Positions 12,590-26,081 of a DNA stretch of 64,000 nucleotides are shown here, in pieces. Origin of the DNA: Octopus vulgaris (Eukaryota); NCBI GenBank assembly GCA_951406725.2, contig OX597823.1, forward strand, positions 3,286,001 through 3,350,000. The letters run 5' to 3'. Numbering within the stretch: position 1 is the first letter of the stretch; each line of letters begins with the position of its first letter. A program made the translations under genes and the position numbers. The notes beneath the pieces are model-generated. The model saw nothing but the letters and a program-made list of their open reading frames with translations. It did no database searches and was not told the DNA's origin.

Positions 12590-15500
12590 GGTGGTGAGCT
12601 GCTAGAATTGTTAGCTTGTCGGGTGAAATGCTTAGTGGTATTTTGACCATCTTTACATTCTGAGTTCAAATTCTAACAAAGTCAACTTTGCCTTTCATAC
12701 TTTCAGGGTCGATAAATTAAGTACCAGTTGAATACTGGGGTCGAATTAATCAACTAGCCCTCTCTTTCAAAATTTCAGGCCTGTTGCCTATAGTAGAAAG
12801 GATTATTATTATTGTTATTATCATTCGTCTGTCCTTACTTTGTGAGTTCAAATTTCGCTGAGGTCAACTTTGCCTTTCATCATTTCAGGGTTGAGGAAAT
12901 AGGTACCAGTTACATACTGGGGATTGATGTAATTGAATAGCCAACCCCCCACCCCCACCCTTCCCCAAAGTTTCAGACCTTGTGCCTATAGGAGAAAGGA
13001 TTATTATTAGGTATAAGGATAAGTTGAAACAATCACTGAAATCTCAACAGCTTAGTTTGACATCTTGGGGCAAGTTATTGCCTAAGATTGGTCTGAGTGG
13101 CAGAGAAGGTGTCATGATGCATGTAAACAACATCAGTTGAAGAAACAGAACGGTAAAGGAATTCTATCCTGCAAATCAACAGACGACACATTTGTCCAAT
13201 TCCAGCTAAAAATCCAAATCCTCAATGATTGTGACTTCATAGCAAACTCCATCCGTATCTGGACTCCAGTTACTCCCAGGCATCAGTCAGAAGCAGATAG
13301 TTTCTTTTATTTTTAATCCTATTTTCTAAGAAACCCTTTCCTTCAAACACTCATACATTGAAATCGATATAAGTGACCATTGTTATGGACAGTGGTCAAA
13401 CGAAATGCAACTCATCAGGAAAAAAGGAAAAGAGGGAAGAAGAAGAGGTAATAAGCCAAGTAAAGAGAGATAACAATGAAAGTTGAAAGTGCTTGTAGAA
13501 TATGCCAATATAAGTTATGAAAAGCGGATGTTAAAAGAGTCAAAAAGAGGAGGAAAAAGTGCAAAAGCTCATCAGAAATAGTGTTGGTGATTTTAAGGAA
13601 GCATGGAGCTTTTGAAGGACAAAGTGTCCTGACAGTCAACAACTGATGCGTGGAATTTATTCCATGCTTTCACAATTCTGGGTGTGAAAAAAAATTTAAA
13701 GGTCTTTGAAAGTCATAGACACTGCTATTTTCTGGTTTATAAGCCTGTCCACGAGTGGTAGAAGTATTGAAGTGAAAAAGGTGGCTAAAGGTGCTCTTGA
13801 AAAAATAATGGATTGTCTTGGAGACTTCTACCCAGTCAGCTGTTCAATGTTGAAACTTTAATGTGTCTATTCTGATGGATTAGATTCTGCCATTTGTTTA
13901 ATGTTTCTGGGATAAACACATGATCATAAGGATCTTTGTCAGGTGAGAAATGGCACACACCAAACAATTGAATAGCCACTTAAATACTCTTTAAGTTAAA
14001 CAAAAAACAAAATATCAAGTCAAAGAGAGACTCTTTCTGGTCAGTTGGCCTGTTAAAAATAGCAGCCAAATCTCCCTCAAATAATATCCTATTCTTTTTA
14101 GAAAATGCAGTCCTAGATATGCTTGGAATATACAGGTGGGCAATGACTGGAATGCTTTTGATCATAGGTCTGTTGGATAAAGACTGACCAGGGGCTAAGC
14201 AACAACAACAACAACAACAACAACATGTGTCTTGAGCCAAGAAGAAAATCGTTGCATGGTTATTCATTTGGCAAGAAATAGTGGTTAAACCTCCCTCAAA
14301 CTATGCTGTAGTATTAAAAAAGGAAGCGCTTTGGATAGTGCAGTGTAAAATACATTATGTCTGAAACAAAAAGGATGGGATGGTCATGACTGAAATACTT
14401 TTGATCATAGGAATACTCAGCCACTCAGTGCTGGGGTTAAGTATCCAAAACGCCCATAAGGTATCAGTGACAATATACTTACGCTCGTCGACAACTGGCA
14501 CAACATGCCTCCCTGATGTCATCCCTGGCACATGCCTTCTTGCCATACATTACAACAAACTTGGAGCACCTTAAATTATTAATTTCAACATATTCGTCAT
14601 CCTTGCAGGAACCAGTTGGAGCTGGTTCTCTTTCTGGATCGTTCTGCAGCTCTGACAGAAATTGGAAAAACAAAAATCTTCAGGAATAAAATAACGAAGA
14701 TTGGAGAGCTTCTAAGAATGAGAAGAAGAAAAATTTTTATAACTTTTATATATTTCAGTGATAAAAGACCCATCGTTAGAAGTGAACAAAAAGGAAATGC
14801 AAGTCCATATGGAATGGGCCATGATGGTTGGTCAACCTGGTTGGTACCATGCAGGACTAGCAGATCTTGGCTGTTTTTCCTTCTGACGATGGGTCTTTTG
14901 TGCCTGAAATATATATCTAAAAGATTATTGAAGCTTTCTATCTTCATTATTTTGTTATTTTATTGTATTATCAAGATTATTCAGGCTTGTTTTCTATTGA
15001 TGTAGGCATCATCATCATCATCATCATTGTTTAACGTCTACTTTCCATGCTGGCATGGGTTAGACGGTTTGACCGAGGACTGGCAAGCCAGAAGGCTGCA
15101 CCAGTCTCCTATCTGATCTGGCAGAGTTTCTACAACTGGATGCCCTTCCTAACACCAACCACTCTGAGAATGTAGTGGGTGCTTTTTACATGGCACCGGC
15201 ACAGGTGCCAGTCAGGAGGCACTGGCAATGACCACTCTCGAATGGTGCTTTTTACGTGCCACTGGCAGCAGGTCGTAATAGACAGGTCTGTTACTTGGAA
15301 GCCAAAGACTTACTGTAACTTATATGACAAACACCTATGTAGATTTAACTGCCCCCCACCCCTTCCCTATATAGCTAAAGGATATCACTACATAGAATCT
15401 AAGATATCCCACTGTATACTAGATATCAAAATGATATTCATTATATAATCAATTTGAGGAATAGCCATATTCAAAGGACCCTCAAAGCTGGACATTCTAA

Positions 15501-15619
15501 GGGGTGCTTAGAAGTCTTGGTAATCTAAGTCATCTTAGGACCGCAATCCAATGCTGGGTTAGCTGGCTCAAACATTGACCTCACTGTCAACAACATTCTT
15601 GGAGAAGAATAACACACAC

Positions 15620-15652
<33 letters not shown>

Positions 15653-17797
15653 TTTACAATGGTTTTCTTTCAGTTTCTGTTTACCAAATCTCACAAGACT
15701 GGCTCGGGAAGCAGAAGGCCCAATTTGCTGTGCAATGGGATTGAACCCAAGGCCACACATTTGAGAAGCATTCGATTCTGTTCTGAATTGTTGACCTAAA
15801 CTTTGATTTTTGACCGTTTTTCTTAATCTTCCCAAAGACAACCGAATGTTTGTTTACCTTCACAAGATCTGCAGCAAACAGGCTTTAACTTTTTGGTGCA
15901 TTGAATCAGGCCATGATGCAGCAAGAACTGGCTGCAATTGAATTTTGACAAGATACGCACTGGGACATCTTTGCACAGATCCTCTTTTGTGAAATCTAAA
16001 CAGAGAAAATAAACATTATTTACATTATTTACATTTGACAGATATTTGTCCTCATCTTGTTTGTTAACACAAAGCTTCAGCTGATATATACCCTCCAGCC
16101 TTCATCGGGTGTCTTGGGGTAATTTTGAACTTGGGTTCTCATTCCTAAGGTATTTTTCAATGTTGTTGTTGATGTTGATGTTGATGTTGATGTTGATGAT
16201 GATAGGGAAAAGAGTCAGACATCATGAACAACAAAGGATTGTGACAATTGGGTGATGTGACACACAGCAGGCACCCCATGGCCAATGAAGAATGCTAGAT
16301 ATAGATACACTATGTTTTTTATCTTCTAATTGTTTCAGTTATTAAACTGTGGCCATACTGGGGCATTGCGTTGAAGAATATTTACTCAAATGAATTGACC
16401 CCCAGGTTGGTACTTGTTCTATTGGTGTCTTTTGCCAAACTGTGAAATTACAGGATGTAAACACACCAACACCCGTTGTCAAATGGTGGTGGTGGTGGTG
16501 GTGAGGACAAACACAGACTCAAAGACACACATTGTGGACTTCTTTCAGTTTTTGTCAACCAAATCAAGTCACAAGGCTTTGATTAGCCCAAGGTTATAGT
16601 AGTAGAAGAGACGTGTCCAAGAAAAAAATCAATAATAAAACAAGATGAGAGAGTCCCAGCTGGAATTCCTTTCATCTGCTGATTAGGGGTTCAACAACAA
16701 CAACAACAACAAAGATTACCAATAATTCTTACCTTTGTTACATGAAGTACAGCATCGTTTGTAGAATTCTGTATTGTTACACAAAAGAGGAGAAGCTAAT
16801 TTACAGTTAACGAGATAAGGAAGGTCTGGATACGGACAATCATCTACAATTAATAGAAAATTAATTATATTTGATAAAATAAATATGTTAAAGGAATTAA
16901 TGTTACATGTATGATGCTTGTGTCTGAACAGCTAAGCTACATGGTAGTGAGACATGGGCTGTGGTTACTGAGGATGGCTTGAAAGAAAGGAAACCAGAAA
17001 TTTCTGCTGAACGAGTAATGCCAGCATACGTATACAACAGAGTGTAAATGGCTTGAGCGAAGAATTGGCTGTGAGAGGCATCAGATGTAGAGTGCAAGAG
17101 AGAAAACTGAAATTAGTGTGGTCATGTGATGTGTATGGAGAACAGCTGCATCAAGAAGTGCTGATCTCTAATTGTGGAGGGAGCATGTGGAAGGGGTGAG
17201 CCCCGAAAGACATGGGATGAAGTGGTGAGAAAGGCTCTTCAGATGTTGGGCCTCACTGAGGAAATGATGAGGGACTGAGACTTATGGAGACTTGCTGGTG
17301 CATGAGAAGATTCATCAAGCCAAGTAAAACCATGGCCATCCATCCATAGAGGCATGTCTCTTTGTCAGCTGAGAGACCCCTGTCCTGCAGGCTCATACGT
17401 GTTGGTGCCACATAAAAATGCACCCAGTACATTCTGGTAGGCATTAGGGAAAGGCATTCAGCCGTAGAAACTGTGCTAAAATTGGTGCTTGGACAGCTCT
17501 TCAGCCAGCCAACACCTGTCCAGCTGTCCAACTCAAAGTTATCATCGTTTCTGGTTTCAGAAGTGAGTCTCCCAAGCCATTCTGTTGATGGACTTCAATT
17601 TGACAAAATATTTATCGCTATATAAATATTGTGGAGTGGCTGTGTGGTAAGTAGCTTGCTAACCAACCACATGGTTCCGGGTTCAGTCCCACTGCGTGGC
17701 ATCTTGGGCAAGTGTCTTCTGCTATAGCCCCGGGTCGACCAATACCTGGTGAGTGGATTTGGTAGACGGAAACTGAAAGAAGCCTGTCGTATATATG

Positions 17798-17838
<41 letters not shown>

Positions 17839-18286
17839 ATTTGTGTGTCTGTGTTTGTCCCCCTAGCATTGCTTGACAACTGATGCTGGTGTGTTTACAT
17901 CCCCATAACATAGTGGTTCGGCAAAAGAGACTGATAGAATAAGTACTGGGCTTACAAAGAATAAGTCCTGGGGTCGATTTGCTCGACTAAAGGCGGTGCT
18001 CCAGCATGGCCGCAGTCAAATGACTGAAACAAGTAAAAGAGTATATAGACCTTATAACACAGACAGACAGACACCCCACTACACGCTCCCCCCACCCCAC
18101 ATATTGGGCAAGAATCTGGTATCTTCACTGTACAATGGATCAACAAGATAATCATGGAAGGATTTCACTCACCTGCAACTAATTGTTGTGATATATTTAC
18201 CAAACAGTTTCCAAAATAACAACCCTGAAATATTTTAAGACAAAGCAGAAAGTCAACGATTGGTTGCCACGGCAAAATATCTTTCG

Positions 18287-18319
<33 letters not shown>

Positions 18320-19011
18320 TTATGACTTTGGGCAAAATATTTAGAAGAATAAAAACAGTAGAAATATAAGTCCAAATGCTAGTGCTGTTTGCTTAAAACG
18401 TTTGTTTTTCAACCACATGGTTCTGGGTTCAGTCCCACTACGTGGCACCTTGGGTAGGTGTCTTTCACTAGTCCTGGGCCAACCATAGCCTTGCGAGTGG
18501 ATTTAGTAGACAGAAACCAAAAGAAGATATGTGTGTGCCCTTGTGCTTGTCCCCACCACTAGACAAGGTGTTGGTTTGTTTATATTCCCATAACAGCATG
18601 GTTCAGCAAAAGAACACTGATAGAATAAGTACCAAACTTTAAAAAAAATAAGCACAGGACTTGATTTATTTGACTAAACACTTTAAGTTGATGCTCCAGC
18701 ATGGCACGATCCAGTGACTGAAGTAGAAAGATTTTAAAAAATGAAAGATATATATATATATATATACATATGTATGTATGTATGTATATATATATATACT
18801 TTTCTACTCTAGGCACAGGGACCCAAATTTTTGGGGAGAGGGGGCTAGTTGATTAGATTGACCTCAGTACACAACTGGTATTTAATTTATTGACCCTGAA
18901 AGGATGAAAGTCAAAGTCAATGTTGGCAGAATTTGAACTCAGAGCGTAAAGAAAAACAAAATACTGTTAAGCGTTTCTGCCAGCTCGCTACCTTATACAT
19001 ATATATACATA

Positions 19012-19050
<39 letters not shown>

Positions 19051-19708
19051 TACAAAATTAGAGAATGGAGAAACATATTTAAATCAATAAAACATCAACT
19101 ATCCGATGATACTCAATCCATACTTTAATACACCATTACATAGGAGTAAAGGCAATATATAAAATGAAATGAAATGAGATATACAGTAATAGTAAAAGTA
19201 AAAAGATAAAGAGATATAAGTAAAAAATTACAAATACAATATGCAAATAAATCAAAACTGACAGCTGTTTCGGCAGTGAGGACAGTCATACCTCATTTAA
19301 CCTATAAGCCATAAAGGCAGGTATAAATGAGGCATTAACAAAGATGCCCCACGGCCTCTTCAGAGAATTAAATTAAATTTGTTATAATAGTGAAAAATAT
19401 TATATAATCATATACATATAAATATAAAAATATAAAAAAGTAAAATATAAAAACTTATACATCATAATGCTACACTTGTATAATATAATACACATTTGTA
19501 CAAAAAGGAAGGTAGCCAGAACAAAATAAAACAAAATATATAACAGTGTATATATAATATTAATAAGTACCGATATCATACATATTTAGCTAATAGTTTT
19601 TTTTATATAAAAAAAGGGCTAACACATATGGAGATGAAAAATAATAATAATTAAATCCGTGGTACAGTTCATAAAATTCTAAAGCTATAAAAGTTAATAA
19701 AAATTACT

Positions 19709-19745
<37 letters not shown>

Positions 19746-22700
19746 GTAATAATAATAAAAAATAATAAAATAGATACAGTTAAGTTATCACCAAGTCCAT
19801 CCTTCCAAGATCGAAATAACTATGAGTTAAGAAATGCTGACCACTAGGTAAAGAAAATTTAGATTAATTCGATTGGCTATTGGTTTGAAATTTAAATCAC
19901 AAAAGAAAATTATACGGTTGGTTAGTCAGGGAACGCCAATATTCACACACGCATCTACAGATCAATCGCACATACACACATAGTTATATGTATATACATA
20001 CACTTGTACATATACATAATCATAAGCAACAGCTAACACTTAGATAAAAAAAAATAGGGAAGCAACCATGCTAACACTAAGTCCTTCAAAATTATAACTG
20101 AGCCTCAATAACAAAAAAAGAACCATCCATGCATTCTATAAAATATTTAATTAAGATATAAATGTATTTTTAAATATCAGTATGTTACTAATTCAGATAA
20201 TTATTTCATGGGTAACTTAAAATATATAACACCGGTTTGATGCAGAGTAAACATACGGCTGTTAGGTTTATCGTAAGTTTGTTATGATTTAAAGTACGCT
20301 AAATTATAAAATATAAAATATAAAATATATTAATTTAGATATTATAAATAAGTCACTTATTAACTTAATAAATATTGTGCCAAAATATACCAGTTTAGGC
20401 AATAAAAAATAGAGGGGAAGTATTAATGTAAACGCTTATGAGAACATCACAGAAATTTCAAATAAATTTTATATTATAAAGACTTAATATGAAAAGAGAT
20501 AAAATAAATAAAAAGGAATAAATACGAAGGAATAAATACGGTTATACACATAATTATAAGTACAAACTAGTATATATGTATTCATATATTATTAAAATTA
20601 AATAAAAATAAATGATAGATATATATGTATAAAACTACACCAGTATAAGTAAATAAGTAAAGAATAAATAGGTAACAAATTAGATGACTTGATATGTATG
20701 TAAACATCCACACTTAAATATGCAAATAAATAAATAAATAGAAGACTAGATGCAAATATTGATAATATTACAATAAAAATGGGAAATAAATAAAAATAAA
20801 TAAAGTGAATATATATATTTTATATTGTTGAAGGTAAATATGTATGGAAGGATAGTTTAAAGTACAGATCCAGAGGACTATAGATATAAACTAAATATAT
20901 GAAGCTGGTAACAATTATAAAGCAAAATGCATGTAAATGAGAAAATGAAAAAAATGAAAAAGGTTTATCAGTGAATAGCATAAGATACAAATTAAGGTGA
21001 GTACAAAAAGGCCAAATATATAATATAATAAAAACCTTCCAAATCAGCACATACAAAAAACCATAATCTCAACCCAAACCCACCAAACTCACAAAAGGCT
21101 CTCATATATTACATATTATACAATATCATTACATTATCCAGAGCTAGGTATCTAACCAAGATATACATATATACTTTGCAATATACTATGCAATATTGGA
21201 AAACATCAAAAATCACACATTACAAGGCAAATACCAAAATGAATATGTTATTTTATGTCATATTGCATTTCTCTTAAAAAAAACAAACAAAAACCCACAT
21301 ACAAAAACCAAGAAACCAATAATACTAGACACATCCAATTAGTTATTATACAAATGTAGCTATAAAAATTATAAAATTATGAAATTTATAAATTGTATAC
21401 TTTAGAATTATAGAAGACCACAGGTATATTTAGTTAAAGAAGGGAATTAAAAAATTGATAATAGTGGAAGTGCTAAGTTCTATTTGAATCTAGAAAAGGT
21501 GAACGGTAGTCTATGAATACAAAAGAAGTTTTTCTCATTAATGTTGTTAATAATTTGCCGACCCGCTTTAATAATGAAGAAAATTTCATTAATACATAGA
21601 GAGCATTTTTATTTTTTCCATTATACACAGGTGCTGAAGTTAGTATTTTCCAGTTTAATCTAAAATCTAAGTTCTTACTTTTAAGTTCCCAAATATATGC
21701 ACTTAGCCCTGTAGAATACATTCTATTTTTATTCCTAAAAGTATATCTATGATAATTCCATCTTTGTTTTATGCTATTCATAGTTGCCCCGATATACACT
21801 CTACTACTCAATTGTGTATCTACAGTGCATTGGTAAACTACCTCCTTCCTGAGGCATTGATTACCAAATACACATTTATTTTTATTTCTGCAATTACAAA
21901 GATTAACAGAATGAGGAAATCTAAGATTGGGCACCACCCCTATACTACTATTCACATTATAAGTGTTACAATTGTTATCATCATCCAAACCCAAAATCAA
22001 CGAATGAGTTAATTCACCATTATCGGCTATATTCCTATCACTAGTACTAGTATTGGTAGTAGTGGTATGATCTATTACATTTATATTATCTCTGACAGGT
22101 ATGGTGCACTCATTATTAGTAAGGAGGTTGCTCCCATTTGTTCCAAGAAAATTTCTATTCCTATTATTAATGAAGGGGGGCAAGTTTTCCTGGTCTAAAT
22201 TCAATTTTCTATTCTTATAGAAGTGATCCAGTTTCTTGTTATTAAAAGAGGAGATGATGGTGGCTAGATTATGAGTAATGCTATATCCCACTCTAACAGT
22301 ACCGTTGTTAATTAAAGGACTAAATTTATTCCTATCCTTACCAAAATGCCTAAAAATAATATTATGCAAAGCTCTCACTATGTTTGTTTTAATCTGCATT
22401 GCATACGGGATAATCAACCAAAGAGTATCCTTATCAGAATTAGGATTGCCTATAGAATTAATGTTATTTGTAAAAATCCTATTCGTAGACCAACTCATAG
22501 GATTACTATTCTTACCACTGTCATTGTTATATCTATCTATATCAATATTACCATGGTTATTGCGCAAGTAAACTTTACCATTATCATGTCTACCATAAGT
22601 TTTAATTCGTATATTATTATTAATATTACTACTACTATTCGTATGTTTAGATCTATTTGAGCTACCGTTCATCTTTCCAAGGTTAACGTCACTTCTACAT

Positions 22701-25155
22701 TTATTATAGGTGTTATCATATATTCTGTTTTTACTATTCTTATGTATATTGTTGATTATCCTAAATCTATTTGTGTTGTTCTTGATAGTTCTACCTCCAT
22801 TAGGGGGTTCCCCTTAGGTATAAACCAAATCTTACTTTTATATCCTGCCTTAAGTAATGCTGCATTGTATCTATCACAGTGTTTGTTAAAAATTTCCTCG
22901 TTTGAGGATAAACTAGAAATTCTTTGACTAATGCTACGCACTAGTGCATTTTTAATTTGAGGGGGTGATTACTAGAACGGTTAATGTATATTAGGTTAGA
23001 ATTAGGTTTAATATAGGGTTCATGTAAACCATTAGTAATGTTACAATTAACATCTAAATAATTAGCAGAGTAATTTTCACTTTCAATGATAATAGATAGG
23101 CCGAAGCTTTTAAAAAATTTGTTTATTCTTTTTTTCAGAAGATCTAATCTCCTATTTGATGTATTCCTAACACAAAATAAGGCGTCATCCCTGTATAATC
23201 CGCCTTTTAATTCAGGGAATTCCCTACTAAAGTTATCTAATAGATACATCCCAACTAGATCAGTCACCTCCGCTGAGTCCGGAAAAAATAAAAAATGCTC
23301 TCTATGTATTAATGAAATTTTCTTCATTATTAAAAGCGGGTCGGCAAATTATTAACAACATTAATGAGAAAAACTTCTTTTGTATTCATAGACTACCGTT
23401 CACCTTTTCTAGATTCAAATAGAACTTAGCACTTCCACTATTATCAATTTTTTAATTCCCTTCTTTAACTAAATATACCTGTGGTCTTCTATAATTCTAA
23501 AGTATACAATTTATAAATTTCATAATTTTATAATTTTTATAGCTACATTTGTATAATAACTAATTGGATGTGTCTAGTATTATTGGTTTCTTGGTTTTTG
23601 TATGTGGGTTTTTGTTTGTTTTTTTTAAGAGAAATGCAATATGACATAAAATAACATATTCATTTTGGTATTTGCCTTGTAATGTGTGATTTTTGATGTT
23701 TTCCAATATTGCATAGTATATTGCAAAGTATATATGTATATCTTGGTTAGATACCTAGCTCTGGATAATGTAATGATATTGTATAATATGTAATATATGA
23801 GAGCCTTTTGTGAGTTTGGTGGGTTTGGGTTGAGATTATGGTTTTTTGTATGTGCTGATTTGGAAGGTTTTTATTATATTATATATTTGGCCTTTTTGTA
23901 CTCACCTTAATTTGTATCTTATGCTATTCACTGATAAACCTTTTTCATTTTTTTCATTTTCTCATTTACATGCATTTTGCTTTATAATTGTTACCAGCTT
24001 CATATATTTAGTTTATATCTATAGTCCTCTGGATCTGTACTTTAAACTATCCTTCCATACATATTTACCTTCAACAATATAAAATATATATATTCACTTT
24101 ATTTATTTTTATTTATTTCCCATTTTATTGTAATATTATCAATATTTGCATCTAGTCTTCTATTTATTTATTTATTTGCATATTTAAGTGTGGATGTTTA
24201 CATACATATCAAGTCATCTAATTTGTTACCTATTTATTCTTTACTTATTTACTTATACTGGTGTAGTTTTATACATATATATCTATCATTTATTTTTATT
24301 TAATTTTAATAATATATGAATACATATATACTAGTTTGTACTTATAATTATGTGTATAACCGTATTTATTCCTTCGTATTTATTCCTTTTTATTTATTTT
24401 ATCTCTTTTCATATTAAGTCTTTATAATATAAAATTTATTTGAAATTTCTGTGATGTTCTCATAAGCGTTTACATTAATACTTCCCCCTCTATTTTTTAT
24501 TGCCTAAACTGGTATATTTTGGCACAATATTTATTAAGTTAATAAGTGACTTATTTATAATATCTAAATTAATATATTTTATATTTTATATTTTATAATT
24601 TAGCGTACTTTAAATCATAACAAACTTACGATAAACCTAACAGCCGTATGTTTACTCTGCATCAAACCGGTGTTATATATTTTAAGTTACCCATGAAATA
24701 ATTATCTGAATTAGTAACATACTGATATTTAAAAATACATTTATATCTTAATTAAATATTTTATAGAATGCATGGATGGTTCTTTTTTGTTATTGAGGCT
24801 CAGTTATAATTTTGAAGGACTTAGTGTTAGCATGGTTGCTTCCCTATTTTTTTTTATCTAAGTGTTAGCTGTTGCTTATGATTATGTATATGTACAAGTG
24901 TATGTATATACATATAACTATGTGTGTATGTGCGATTGATCTGTAGATGCGTGTGTGAATATTGGCGTTCCCTGACTAACCAACCGTATAATTTTCTTTT
25001 GTGATTTAAATTTCAAACCAATAGCCAATCGAATTAATCTAAATTTTCTTTACCTAGTGGTCAGCATTTCTTAACTCATAGTTATTTCGATCTTGGAAGG
25101 ATGGACTTGGTGATAACTTAACTGTATCTATTTTATTATTTTTTATTATTATTAC

Positions 25156-25192
<37 letters not shown>

Positions 25193-26024
25193 AGTAATTT
25201 TTATTAACTTTTATAGCTTTAGAATTTTATGAACTGTACCACGGATTTAATTATTATTATTTTTCATCTCCATATGTGTTAGCCCTTTTTTTATATAAAA
25301 AAAACTATTAGCTAAATATGTATGATATCGGTACTTATTAATATTATATATACACTGTTATATATTTTGTTTTATTTTGTTCTGGCTACCTTCCTTTTTG
25401 TACAAATGTGTATTATATTATACAAGTGTAGCATTATGATGTATAAGTTTTTATATTTTACTTTTTTATATTTTTATATTTATATGTATATGATTATATA
25501 ATATTTTTCACTATTATAACAAATTTAATTTAATTCTCTGAAGAGGCCGTGGGGCATCTTTGTTAATGCCTCATTTATACCTGCCTTTATGGCTTATAGG
25601 TTAAATGAGGTATGACTGTCCTCACTGCCGAAACAGCTGTCAGTTTTGATTTATTTGCATATTGTATTTGTAATTTTTTACTTATATCTCTTTATCTTTT
25701 TACTTTTACTATTACTGTATATCTCATTTCATTTCATTTTATATATTGCCTTTACTCCTATGTAATGGTGTATTAAAGTATGGATTGAGTATCATCGGAT
25801 AGTTGATGTTTTATTGATTTAAATATGTTTCTCCATTCTCTAATTTTGTAGTATTAATTTACGGTAATATTATTACCCTTACCCATTTAATACAATAGAT
25901 GAACTGATTGCTTGGCAATTTCTAACATCTATGTATCAATTTTGTTGGGTACCTATCTAGCAGTATATTGGATATATATTATCCCATGGTGGGTTGAATT
26001 TTCAACCCCTATCTCATTTTATAA

Positions 26025-26081
<57 letters not shown>

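Larger units (their letters stand above)
19047..26026. mobile_element. Penelope-like retroelement (PLE), 5'-truncated copy with inverted pseudo-LTR, inserted in (TA)n
   Basis: RT and GIY-YIG coding core, 2.57-kb inverted arms, hammerhead motifs, (TA)n arrays on both flanks (about 19015-19048 and 26027-26064). Confidence 0.93.

Noticed and set aside
23281-23327. N-terminus MKKISLIHREHFLFFP of ORF 22941..23327 as the real RT start
   Set aside because: It is antisense read-through of the inverted arm. RT homology begins at 23280.
20820-24082. Duplicated hydrophobic 78-aa ORF as a membrane-protein gene
   Set aside because: AT-rich sequence within the inverted arms with no motif. The duplication only reflects the repeat.
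25545-25629. SECIS element in the long stem II
   Set aside because: No AUGA/GA quartet with apical AA in the right geometry, and no in-frame TGA in the reconstructed ORF.
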